From assembly GCA_903857825.1 (NCBI GenBank), contig CAIOGI010000003.1:1-60442 (forward strand): 60,442 nucleotides of DNA, given 5' to 3'. Both the position numbers and the translations under genes were made by a program. Source of the stretch: Candidatus Tayloriibacteriota bacterium. GTDB lineage: Bacteria; Patescibacteriota; Minisyncoccia; Phycocordibacterales; PALSA-1337. Below, piece by piece: positions 8,789 through 17,992 of the stretch (position 1 is its first letter; each line of letters begins with the position of its first letter). The notes beneath the pieces were generated by a model. The model searched no databases. It was not told the DNA's origin and worked only from the letters and a program-made list of their open reading frames with translations.

Positions 8789-9739
8789 ATGAAAAAAATA
8801 ATCGTAACAACAACAATAAATGAACCTACTGAAGCAACGTTAAAATATTGTCAAAAAAAAGATTGGGATTTTATAATTGTAGGAGATACAAAAACCCCAC
8901 ATAATTCTTATATAAGCCTTCAAAAAAAATATAAGAATGTTACATATCTAAGTCCCGAAGATCAAGAAAGAAAATATAAAAAAATAAGTGACCTAATTGG
9001 TTGGAAATCAATTCAGCGAAGAAACATTGGCTTTATTGAAGCATATTCAGCAGGAGCCGACATAATAGCAACAGTAGATGATGACAATATACCCTATGAA
9101 TCTTGGGGGGATAATGTCATGATTGGAAAAGAAATATATGTAGACATGTATGAACCAGAAAATAGTGTATTCGATCCACTTTCAATCACAAAGGATAATT
9201 ATGTCTGGCACAGGGGTTATCCAATTGAGCTACTTTCTACAAGACATCGTGTTCAATATAAAGGCAAGAAAAAGATTAAGGTATTAATACAGGCAGATTT
9301 ATGGGATGGCGATCCAGATATTGATGCTATTGCCAGGTTAACATTTAAACCAATAGTAAAATATACAGACATCACTAGTCCATATACATCAAATAGGATA
9401 TCTCCATTCAATTCTCAAAATACCTTTTTTTCACGTGAAGTATTGCCATATTATTCAGTGCTACCACACATAGGTAGAATGGATGATATTTGGGGAGGAT
9501 ATATTTTACAAAAATATTTTCCGAATAACCTAATATACAATAAAGCATCAGTTTATCAAGATCGAAACCTTCAGGACCTTATAACAAATCTGCAAAATGA
9601 AATTATTGGATATAGAAATAATCTTAACCTGACAAATGATTTGAATAATTATGAAAAATATCTTCCAGAAGCAACGCTAAACTTTTATAAAGAATATAGG
9701 AAACAATTCAATGAAATCTCTAAAAAAACAAGACGATAG
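8789..9739 (+). CDS. Putative glycosyltransferase (DxD motif; STELLO/DUF288-like layout)
   Basis: Start moved to the ATG at 8789 (MKKIIVTTTINEPT). Contains IIVGDTKTP and VDDDNIPY motifs. Family assignment is tentative. Confidence 0.4.
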   Translation: MKKIIVTTTINEPTEATLKYCQKKDWDFIIVGDTKTPHNSYISLQKKYKNVTYLSPEDQERKYKKISDLIGWKSIQRRNIGFIEAYSAGADIIATVDDDNIPYESWGDNVMIGKEIYVDMYEPENSVFDPLSITKDNYVWHRGYPIELLSTRHRVQYKGKKKIKVLIQADLWDGDPDIDAIARLTFKPIVKYTDITSPYTSNRISPFNSQNTFFSREVLPYYSVLPHIGRMDDIWGGYILQKYFPNNLIYNKASVYQDRNLQDLITNLQNEIIGYRNNLNLTNDLNNYEKYLPEATLNFYKEYRKQFNEISKKTRR

Positions 9740-10607
9740 AAAAATTATTATTTGTACAACTTTTAGAGAATTTAATGGAAATTCAAATGACAAAATACAA
9801 AGACTTTTTCTAGAATCCATAAAGGAACAAACGTACAAGAATTTCATCTTGTCAGTAACTACATTTGGAGAGAAAAATGTAGAGAAAGTACTTGTTCAAG
9901 AAGAAATCCCACATATTATATTTAAGGGTGATGCCGGAGAATATAGATTCTCACTAACACAGGTTTTACAAAATGCAATATCACTTATCATAAATAGTGA
10001 TTCGCATATTATACTGTGGACTACTTGTGATGTTATTTTTGAAAAAGACTTTTTTGAAAACATTATTAATGAGTTTAAACCTGGATACTGTGGAACATCT
10101 CTACCTCATTCTGTATATACTAATCATGATAATTATATAAATAATAACAACCCCTGGAAATTATGGTGGGGATTGGATCTAATTTTTTTCGATTCTGACA
10201 TTTTAGCTTCAGTAAAAGTTAATAATATAATTGATAATTATCCTAATAACGGTTGGGGATATTTTGAGTTTTTTTTAAGTGGGGTTGGTAAAAAGTTTTT
10301 TAAAAAGATGATAAATGTTAGACCATATACAGTTTCTAAAATAGAGAATGATAGGTTGGCTAATAATGAGACAAAGGCCTTTTTCTCATTATCAACATCT
10401 CATAATAAAAATACATATGAATCCTTTATGACAGATTACCATCTTAATAAGGATCCGTATTCTATTCTTTTAAATTACAAAGTTTTGAATAAAAACTTTA
10501 TTCAAAAGACAATTATATACTTTAATTTAAAAAGGAGACAGTTGGCGGCCAAACTAAATAGGTTTACCCACCATTTATATATAAAATATTTTAAAAATAG
10601 ATTTTAA
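9711..10607 (+). CDS. Hypothetical protein, possible glycosyltransferase
   Basis: 298-aa ORF inside the glycan cluster that overlaps the upstream gene by 29 nt. Only a weak GT-A-like N-terminus (IIICTTF...SIKEQTYKNF). Confidence 0.3.
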   Translation: MKSLKKQDDRKIIICTTFREFNGNSNDKIQRLFLESIKEQTYKNFILSVTTFGEKNVEKVLVQEEIPHIIFKGDAGEYRFSLTQVLQNAISLIINSDSHIILWTTCDVIFEKDFFENIINEFKPGYCGTSLPHSVYTNHDNYINNNNPWKLWWGLDLIFFDSDILASVKVNNIIDNYPNNGWGYFEFFLSGVGKKFFKKMINVRPYTVSKIENDRLANNETKAFFSLSTSHNKNTYESFMTDYHLNKDPYSILLNYKVLNKNFIQKTIIYFNLKRRQLAAKLNRFTHHLYIKYFKNRF

Positions 10608-10669
10608 AATCAAGAAAATAGGCTTAATTGTTCATAAATACAATAATTGTTACAAATACTACTAATATC

Positions 10670-11395
10670 TTATAATATTAGATTATGCAAATCACTAATC
10701 CTCCATAAAGATAAATTTTTATCAGCAAACTCACTATCCTCTATATATTCTTCTTTTATTTTAAAAATTGATTCGGGAAAATTAAATGGTGTAATATTTA
10801 AGTTTATTGGTCTCCAACGACCTGTAATTATATCATTATTCTTAATATGATCTGGGAATGTTGTTGTTAAAAGATATTTTGATTTACTCTTAATTATATT
10901 TAATGTAGCCCTTTTCACATCTTCATTACAGAGATGTACGAGACAATCACGACAAATAATTAAATCAACCTCTGGTAAGTCCCCCGTGATAATATCAATT
11001 TGTTTAAATGTTCTATTCTTATTGCTATATTCTTTATTATTTACATCAATTAGGGGTTTAACTATATCTGCGCCGATATATTTTATATCATTCATTTCGA
11101 CAGCTTTCATCCAATAAAAGTCACCACATGGAATGTCCAATATTGTCTTAATGTTATAGTTAGTAATTAGTTTTTCTATAGAATATCTGATAACTTCTGT
11201 TGCTGCTAAATTTGAACCTGTTCCTGATAGCGAATCAGCATCTCCCCAACTATTCTGATTATAAATATTTGTAAATCTTGATTCAGTATCTAATTTACTC
11301 AAACGATATTCGGCAAAAAGGTTCCAAGAAAACTTTATTCCTGGTATATTTTTGATGAGTCTTTTAATATTACTCATTGTTTTGTTATTATTCAT
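10670..11395 (-). CDS. Class I SAM-dependent methyltransferase
   Basis: ILDIPCGDFYW (motif I) and IICRDCLVHL (motif II/III). The start is uncertain: ATGs at 11419, 11395 and 11377. Confidence 0.6.
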   Translation of the reverse strand: MNNNKTMSNIKRLIKNIPGIKFSWNLFAEYRLSKLDTESRFTNIYNQNSWGDADSLSGTGSNLAATEVIRYSIEKLITNYNIKTILDIPCGDFYWMKAVEMNDIKYIGADIVKPLIDVNNKEYSNKNRTFKQIDIITGDLPEVDLIICRDCLVHLCNEDVKRATLNIIKSKSKYLLTTTFPDHIKNNDIITGRWRPINLNITPFNFPESIFKIKEEYIEDSEFADKNLSLWRISDLHNLIL

Positions 11396-11607
11396 CTTTA
11401 GTAGTATAAAACAAAACACAAACCATTACAATTTTTTGTTCCCTAGCTTGAACATATTCACAAAATTCAGTCACTTTGAAAATTCTTGTTTGAAATATAA
11501 CCCATATTTAGATGCTGTACACTATGAGATAGTAGCAACCAAAGTTTTGATTTGCCCCAAAATTGACACTTGATAAGTATACGCAAAAAAGCCATAATAA
11601 TCTATAC

Positions 11608-12510
11608 ATGTGTAACGCAATAAAAAAAATATTATATAAAATCCAAGGTAAAATTTACAGAAGTATTGCAAAACTCTTTAAATACAGATCAACGAGTTAT
11701 CCTTACATAAGTGGCGATGGTTTCAGATCAATGGCTGATCACATATATGATGAAACTTTTAAATGCAGAGCGAGTGAAGTAGAAGATAATGATGTGGTAT
11801 TTCTTAAGACAGATATGAAAGAAGAGTGGTTTACCTTAATTCATCCAAAAATTATGTCGAGATACAAATTAATTACTCATAACAGTGATGATGTTATTGG
11901 TAGAAAGGAGTCTTTATACATCGACGATAAAATCATAAGATGGTTTGCACAAAATAACATATATAAACACGAAAAAATTGTTCCCATACCGATAGGGATT
12001 GAGAATAAGCACTTGTTCGTAAATGGATGGGCGTTTATGAAAGTAGTAAAAAAAATAGTAAATATTTCAACAATTGAGAAAAAAAATAAAATACTATTTG
12101 GCTTCAACATTAAGACAAACCCAAAAGAGAGAGGTACGGCCATCAGTTCTCTAAGAAATAGTGTGATCTGTGATGAAATTATACACAGGGTAACACCGAT
12201 AGAGCATTTCAATTTATTGAATAAATATAAATTTGTTGCATCCCCAGAAGGAAATGGCCCGGATTGCATAAGAACATGGGAAGCTTTAGCTTTTAAGGTT
12301 GTTCCAATTATAAAAAATTCATCGGACTGCCAAGTTATAGAACAGAATAATTTACCAATTTTGAAAATAAAAGACTGGAGTGAAATTACAAATTTAAGCG
12401 AGGAAAAACTGGCAACTATATACAATAACTATGATTTTGCTTCAAAATCTGATATAACTATGTTTGACTATTGGAAAGAAATAATAAAAAAGAATGAAAA
12501 ACTTATATAA
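11608..12510 (+). CDS. Putative glycosyltransferase (exostosin/GT47-like C-terminal motif)
   Basis: YKFVASPEGNGPDCIRTWEALAFKVVPII resembles the exostosin-family motif. Start moved to the first ATG (11608). Confidence 0.4.
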   Translation: MCNAIKKILYKIQGKIYRSIAKLFKYRSTSYPYISGDGFRSMADHIYDETFKCRASEVEDNDVVFLKTDMKEEWFTLIHPKIMSRYKLITHNSDDVIGRKESLYIDDKIIRWFAQNNIYKHEKIVPIPIGIENKHLFVNGWAFMKVVKKIVNISTIEKKNKILFGFNIKTNPKERGTAISSLRNSVICDEIIHRVTPIEHFNLLNKYKFVASPEGNGPDCIRTWEALAFKVVPIIKNSSDCQVIEQNNLPILKIKDWSEITNLSEEKLATIYNNYDFASKSDITMFDYWKEIIKKNEKLI

Positions 12511-13354
12511 AGTAACCCAAGAAGTAATTCCACCGATTTTGTTTAACACATTTAAAAACAGTGTGTTTTATAAGAAACTAAAACCTATAGTTAAAAAAGT
12601 TGTAGAAAAAAAGATTCCTCCTAGTTGGAATCAGGTTTCTAAGGGGGTACTAAAAGGGACGTGGCTGTTCTTCTACCCACTCGGAGAGTGGCAAGCGAAA
12701 ATGCTTGCAGAAGAATACGATAAAGAATTATTTGATGCGCTTAGAAAGCTCAATCTAAAGGGAAAAACAATTTTTGATATAGGCTCACACATTGGTTATC
12801 ATTCAATATTTTTTTCTAAACTTGTTGGACCAACTGGTGAAATACTTGCATTCGAGCCAAATCCCTTTAATGCAGACCGCATACAAAAAAACGTTGATAA
12901 AAACTTAATAAAAAATATTAAAGTAAACAATATTGCACTTTCATCAGAAAACTCTGAGACTGATTTTCTGTTTAGTGAAAATATCGAAAATGGAACCAGT
13001 AGTGGAGGTTTTATAGATGAATCAGATACATTTTATAGTAAAGACACATATGAAAATGGGATTGGTTTCAAAAGAATGAAAGTGATAACACAGAAAATTG
13101 ATAATCTCGAAAAGATCAAAAACAATACCTTAAAGATCGATATACTAAAAATTGATGTGGAAGGTGCCGAGAGCCTAGTCTTAGAGGGTGGCATTAATAC
13201 AATACTTAGAGACGAGCCTATTATATTGATCGAAATACATACCATTAGCAATATGTTCTACTTTATGGATTTCATAAATAGAATAAACTATACATACAAT
13301 TTACTTAAAAAAGAGCCTGATGGTAGACATCTTATACTGGCAAAGAAAAAATAG
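12494..13354 (+). CDS. FkbM-family methyltransferase
   Basis: FDIGSHIGYHSIFF and ILKIDVEGAESLVLEG are typical FkbM motifs. Confidence 0.7.
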   Translation: MKNLYKVTQEVIPPILFNTFKNSVFYKKLKPIVKKVVEKKIPPSWNQVSKGVLKGTWLFFYPLGEWQAKMLAEEYDKELFDALRKLNLKGKTIFDIGSHIGYHSIFFSKLVGPTGEILAFEPNPFNADRIQKNVDKNLIKNIKVNNIALSSENSETDFLFSENIENGTSSGGFIDESDTFYSKDTYENGIGFKRMKVITQKIDNLEKIKNNTLKIDILKIDVEGAESLVLEGGINTILRDEPIILIEIHTISNMFYFMDFINRINYTYNLLKKEPDGRHLILAKKK

Positions 13355-13356
13355 AT

Positions 13357-14175
13357 TTATTCACACTTTTTAAAAACTCCTACATAGCTAATGTTACAAA
13401 AGTCATTATATCTGTTTTTTCTTTCAAAGTAATACGAAATTACATCAACGAAATAGTAGAATATTTTAATAATCCATATAAAAAGTGGACTAAGAACCCT
13501 ATAAATTGGGTTTCGAGAATACCTTTTGTCTCTAATTGAAATAGAAAAGATGTAACGCTTAAAGAAGTTTTTTACTTTTCCTTCTTCATAACTATCAAAA
13601 ATCTTTTCATATTTATATTTATTCATAACTTTATTAATCTCAATACGATCATAATGCTTATAATGTCCCTCATGATCTGATTTTCCTCTATTATGAAAGA
13701 TGGAAGATTCGCTTGCTGGCCCACAATAAATTGGATTGGGTGTCAAAATATAGAGTACTCCTCCTACATCCTGTACTTTACTGACTTTTTCTAGAAGTGA
13801 CGGCATATCAATCAATGGTATATGTTCAAATATATCTGCCATTAAAATAAAATCAAATTTTTCATCAAAATCTAATTCTTGAATAAACCCAAGCTTTACA
13901 GAAAAATTCTGATATACTCGTAGAAGATCCAATAAGTGCTCATTGTGATTTGCTTCAATAGCAGTTCCCTTTCTAAATTTGTGCAATAGTGCTGTAGAAT
14001 AATGCCCCGTCGAAGCTCCAATATCAAGAAAGTTATCCCATTTATCACATAGATTAATAGCATTATTTATTACTTCTATAGTAGATCTTTTTGTCACATC
14101 TGGAAATCTGCGACTCATTCTATCGTCATTATTATACTTCTTATAAAGTTTATATAAATCTTTGTTTTTATACAT
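13357..14175 (-). CDS. Class I SAM-dependent methyltransferase
   Basis: FLDIGASTGHYS (motif I) and ILMADIFEHIP. Confidence 0.6.
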   Translation of the reverse strand: MYKNKDLYKLYKKYNNDDRMSRRFPDVTKRSTIEVINNAINLCDKWDNFLDIGASTGHYSTALLHKFRKGTAIEANHNEHLLDLLRVYQNFSVKLGFIQELDFDEKFDFILMADIFEHIPLIDMPSLLEKVSKVQDVGGVLYILTPNPIYCGPASESSIFHNRGKSDHEGHYKHYDRIEINKVMNKYKYEKIFDSYEEGKVKNFFKRYIFSISIRDKRYSRNPIYRVLSPLFIWIIKIFYYFVDVISYYFERKNRYNDFCNISYVGVFKKCE

Positions 14176-14179
14176 AAAA

Positions 14180-16129
14180 TTATGATTTCATCCAATTATG
14201 AAAAGAGACTGTCTTATACTTATTGGAGTATCTTTTTGTTAGTTTTTCAAGACTATTAAAATGACTTCTTGATAGCCCTGTATTATATAACGGTCGTGTC
14301 ACAACATTTTCTGGATGGTTATAAAGAACCCAGTTAGCATATGTGTCGTAATCACTCATCGATGAAGCTTCTTTCGGATCAGCCAAATCAATATACGCCT
14401 CATCCCAAGTTTTACCATTTTTGTTTTCAATTTCTCTTTTCATCTCCGCAAGATATTCAACATCGAAAAGCATCATGTGGGAAGTGAAAGAAAGTCTAGT
14501 GGGGGCATCATATCCAAAAAGCTTTTTGAATGATTTAAAGTAAGCATCATGCCATTCTGTATTGTATCTAAAAACTACTTTATCATTATTATTACCCTCA
14601 AGAAATATGTGTGGATTTATAAGTATTGTATCAGAATCAACAACTAGATATCTTCGTGTTTTAACAAACTTATCTCCAGCAAATTTGATAATCTGTTGAA
14701 AAACCCATCCACTCCTATCTTTTCCATTTACTTCGTATTTAATGTGATCCTTATCATACCCAAGAACAGATTTTTCATCTATAAAATGATATCCTTTTTG
14801 ATTACAAAAGTGAATCAGATCTTCTTCAGTCTTAGATACGATGTAAACATCACCAAGGTTATTACATACATTCTTTTCTAGGCTTTGAAGCATAACTTTC
14901 ATAATCGCACGATCCCAATAAACGGTCTTAATAAAAATATCAATTTTTTCTTTACTATTTTTTACAAGAGAACAATCTTCAGCAAAGTCAATCCTTATGA
15001 TTTGCTTCGCACACAGTAATATATAATTCATTGTGATAGAAATTTGATGCTTAATACCTAATCGTGTTTTTATATCGTAAATAAATATATAGTACGGCTT
15101 AAGAATCTTCTTTACTTTTTTTATGTATGGAGTATAAAATTTAAGCTTTAATGCAGGTGATTCAATTTGTTTTTTGATCGATTCTATTTCATATGCACTT
15201 AATTTATCCGACAATCGTCTTTTCTCACAAGATACTAATTGAGTATTGTAATCACCTACAAATAACGGATCGAAACATCTTGAAACTAAATTAAATAGAT
15301 CCCCTTCATTGTTTAGATTAAAAGATAGAATAAATTTCTTAACTTCAGGATCAAATAAGTATAAAAATTCAGTAAGAATACGAAACCAATTTCTATTTGA
15401 TCTTCCAGATCTAGCTTCTCGAGTATAATATGATGCGTAAAATCCTCTAGGATGCAAACGGTGATAATACTCTGCATCTGGACAGGTATATGCGACCAAT
15501 CCACTAGCCAGGAATCTCCATGCAAATGCTTGAGTGTCGAAACCATGATTTTCTGGATAACCGCCTGACAGAGTAAACGCTTCTTTTGTGTGCATAAAAA
15601 CAGAATATAATGGACACAATACATTATTTATTTGCAAAAGACTCTCAAATGGAATCCTTTCTCCAGAATATGAAAATGTATCAATCCTATCAATATATTT
15701 TTTATCGATACCACGAAACTTGCCTTTAAACTTTATAGATCTGTGCAAACCTACACCATCACAAATTAATCCTCTTTTCTTTTTATCCTCCATAAATAGA
15801 TACATCCTTGATAAGGTGCCATCTGGTAAAATGTCATCACTATCAAGACAAAATATGACATCACCAGATGATTTTGATATAGCAGTATTACGAGTTGCTC
15901 CCCCTCCCTTATTTTGAGTGTGAAAAAATATTTTAATCTCCTTATGCTCAGATGCTATCTTTCTTAAAAACTCTGGCGTTGTGTCTTTTGAACCATCGTC
16001 AACCATTATAATTTCAAAAGTAATCATATTTTCCTTAAGATTTTGTCTAAAACAAGAAGAAACAGCCTCCGAAACAGTACGGGCAGAATTAAACGTCGGA
16101 ATTATTATTGAGAGTTTGGGTTTAGACAT
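14180..16129 (-). CDS. Two-domain glycosyltransferase (N-terminal GT2 plus C-terminal uncharacterised transferase-like domain)
   Basis: N-terminus LSIIIPTFNSARTV...VDDGSKDTT...CLDSDD is classic GT2. The C-terminal ~300 aa contains LVVDSDT (DxD-like). Confidence 0.7.
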   Translation of the reverse strand: MSKPKLSIIIPTFNSARTVSEAVSSCFRQNLKENMITFEIIMVDDGSKDTTPEFLRKIASEHKEIKIFFHTQNKGGGATRNTAISKSSGDVIFCLDSDDILPDGTLSRMYLFMEDKKKRGLICDGVGLHRSIKFKGKFRGIDKKYIDRIDTFSYSGERIPFESLLQINNVLCPLYSVFMHTKEAFTLSGGYPENHGFDTQAFAWRFLASGLVAYTCPDAEYYHRLHPRGFYASYYTREARSGRSNRNWFRILTEFLYLFDPEVKKFILSFNLNNEGDLFNLVSRCFDPLFVGDYNTQLVSCEKRRLSDKLSAYEIESIKKQIESPALKLKFYTPYIKKVKKILKPYYIFIYDIKTRLGIKHQISITMNYILLCAKQIIRIDFAEDCSLVKNSKEKIDIFIKTVYWDRAIMKVMLQSLEKNVCNNLGDVYIVSKTEEDLIHFCNQKGYHFIDEKSVLGYDKDHIKYEVNGKDRSGWVFQQIIKFAGDKFVKTRRYLVVDSDTILINPHIFLEGNNNDKVVFRYNTEWHDAYFKSFKKLFGYDAPTRLSFTSHMMLFDVEYLAEMKREIENKNGKTWDEAYIDLADPKEASSMSDYDTYANWVLYNHPENVVTRPLYNTGLSRSHFNSLEKLTKRYSNKYKTVSFHNWMKS

Positions 16130-16236
16130 CTTTAATGATTAAATTTATGTATAATTAAATGTATTGTAGGTAATTATGATATCATATACTATAAAATATA
16201 CTACAAGATATATTATAAGATTATCAAAAAAAACAT

Positions 16237-17112
16237 ATGATACTCATCAACCTAAAAGGCGGTCTAGGAAATCAGTTATTCCAATACGCAACTGGAAGAG
16301 CTTTGTCATTACGAAATGATAATAAGCTCAAACTCGATATAACAGGCTATAGCAAAAACAATAACATAGACACTGTGCGCCACTATGCCCTATCACCATT
16401 CGACATAAAGGCTGAAATAGCTTCTGCCGCAGAAATAAAGAAACTAAAATATCCGTTCGGGCTAATCTCAAAAGGGTGGAGATTTTTCAAGACAAAAGCA
16501 CTAAGAATATTCAACATATCTTTTAATCCAAAGATATTCTATTCAAAAAAGCCTTTGTATCTTGACGGATTTTTTCAAACAGAAAGGTACTTTATAGACA
16601 AAGAAGATGAGATTAGAAAAGATCTAACACTCAAGGATTCCTTGAGTCCGAGAGCTTTAGAGGTGCTGTCAAAGATAAATAGCTGCCCAAATAGCGTTTC
16701 TCTACATGTTAGACGCGGCGACTATGTTAGCGATAAGAGTACGAATCTGCACCACGGCACTTGCGATCCATCATATTACACGAAGGCAGTAGAATACATG
16801 AGCACAAAAATCGGCAACAACATACATATCTTCGTCTTTTCTGATGGAATAGAATGGGCAAAGGAAAATATCAAATTCCCTTACGAAACATCCTATGTGT
16901 CACCGATCAAATCAACACCATTAGATGAAATTGAAGAACTAATCCTTATGAGCAAATGTAAACACAACATTATTGCCAATTCTTCTTTTAGTTGGTGGGG
17001 TGCTTGGTTAAATCAAAACCGTGATAAAATAGTTATCGCACCTAAAAGATGGGTATTAATGGGTGAAAAAAACTACAAGGATATAATTCCCTCAACATGG
17101 CACAGAATATAA
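16237..17112 (+). CDS. Alpha-1,2-fucosyltransferase (GT11 family)
   Basis: GGLGNQLFQYA, HVRRGDY and SSFSWWGAWL are the three GT11 signature motifs. Confidence 0.75.
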   Translation: MILINLKGGLGNQLFQYATGRALSLRNDNKLKLDITGYSKNNNIDTVRHYALSPFDIKAEIASAAEIKKLKYPFGLISKGWRFFKTKALRIFNISFNPKIFYSKKPLYLDGFFQTERYFIDKEDEIRKDLTLKDSLSPRALEVLSKINSCPNSVSLHVRRGDYVSDKSTNLHHGTCDPSYYTKAVEYMSTKIGNNIHIFVFSDGIEWAKENIKFPYETSYVSPIKSTPLDEIEELILMSKCKHNIIANSSFSWWGAWLNQNRDKIVIAPKRWVLMGEKNYKDIIPSTWHRI

Positions 17113-17126
17113 GTAAAATATAAATT

Positions 17127-17933
17127 ATGCAAGAAAATCAAAAATTCACAAATAATGAAAATTTAATGACACCGAAAGTGTCTGTGATTATTGCTACTTA
17201 TAATAGGGCAAATTATATTCACGAAGCTATTGATAGTGTGCTTAAACAATCCTATTCAAATTGGGAAATAGTAATTATTGATGACGCTTCAGAAGATACT
17301 ACTGGGGAAATAGTAAGAAAATATAGAGAAAAAGATCCACGAATTTTTTATTATAAAAATCAAAAGAATTTAGGTATAGCTAAAACAAGAAATAAAGGTC
17401 TGGAATTGGCTCGTGGTGAATACATCGCCCCACTCGACAGTGATGATATTTGGCTTGATAAGGACAAATTGAAAAAACAAGTAGAATTTCTCGATGCAAA
17501 TCCAGACTATGCAATGCTTGGTGGTGGTATTATGCATATTGATGCACAATCTAAACCTATTAAAAAAGTGCTATTCCCTGTTTATGATTCGGTTATTCGC
17601 AATATCATACTTCAGTTCAATCCATTTGCTCAATCAACTCTGCTCTTCAGAAAAAGTGCAGCTTTAGAAGTTGGCGGATACTCTACAGAATACAAGGTTG
17701 CAGATGATTATGATCTTTGGTTAAAGATAGGAATGAAATACAAATTCACAAATATTCCTCAAGTCTTGTCTGGTTACCGAATACACGGTGGAAATATTAC
17801 ACACACAAAAAGATTGACCACAGCGAAAGAAATCTTGGAAATAGTAAGGAAGTATGCCAAGTACTACAAAAGACCGACTATGGGCATTATAAAGGCTTAT
17901 ATGCGTATATTATTGTCGTATTTCAGGACCTAA
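17127..17933 (+). CDS. Family 2 glycosyltransferase
   Basis: VSVIIATYNRANYI...IIDDASEDTT...LDSDD. Confidence 0.8.
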   Translation: MQENQKFTNNENLMTPKVSVIIATYNRANYIHEAIDSVLKQSYSNWEIVIIDDASEDTTGEIVRKYREKDPRIFYYKNQKNLGIAKTRNKGLELARGEYIAPLDSDDIWLDKDKLKKQVEFLDANPDYAMLGGGIMHIDAQSKPIKKVLFPVYDSVIRNIILQFNPFAQSTLLFRKSAALEVGGYSTEYKVADDYDLWLKIGMKYKFTNIPQVLSGYRIHGGNITHTKRLTTAKEILEIVRKYAKYYKRPTMGIIKAYMRILLSYFRT

Positions 17934-17955
17934 TTAACCCAAAGTCATATTTTGT

Positions 17956-17991
17956 AAAATTGGACTCCCTCACCGCGTCGAGTCCAATTTT
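17956..17991 (-). repeat. Minimal type-A element (outer stem plus loop only), copy 5
   Basis: Read on the minus strand it is TAG-T-AAAATTGGACTC-GACGCGGTGAGG-GAGTCCAATTTT. This gives a perfect 12-bp stem. The loop equals the 5' flank of the full-length copies, and the element starts 1 nt after the stop of 17993..19909. Confidence 0.8.
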
Positions 17992-17992
17992 A

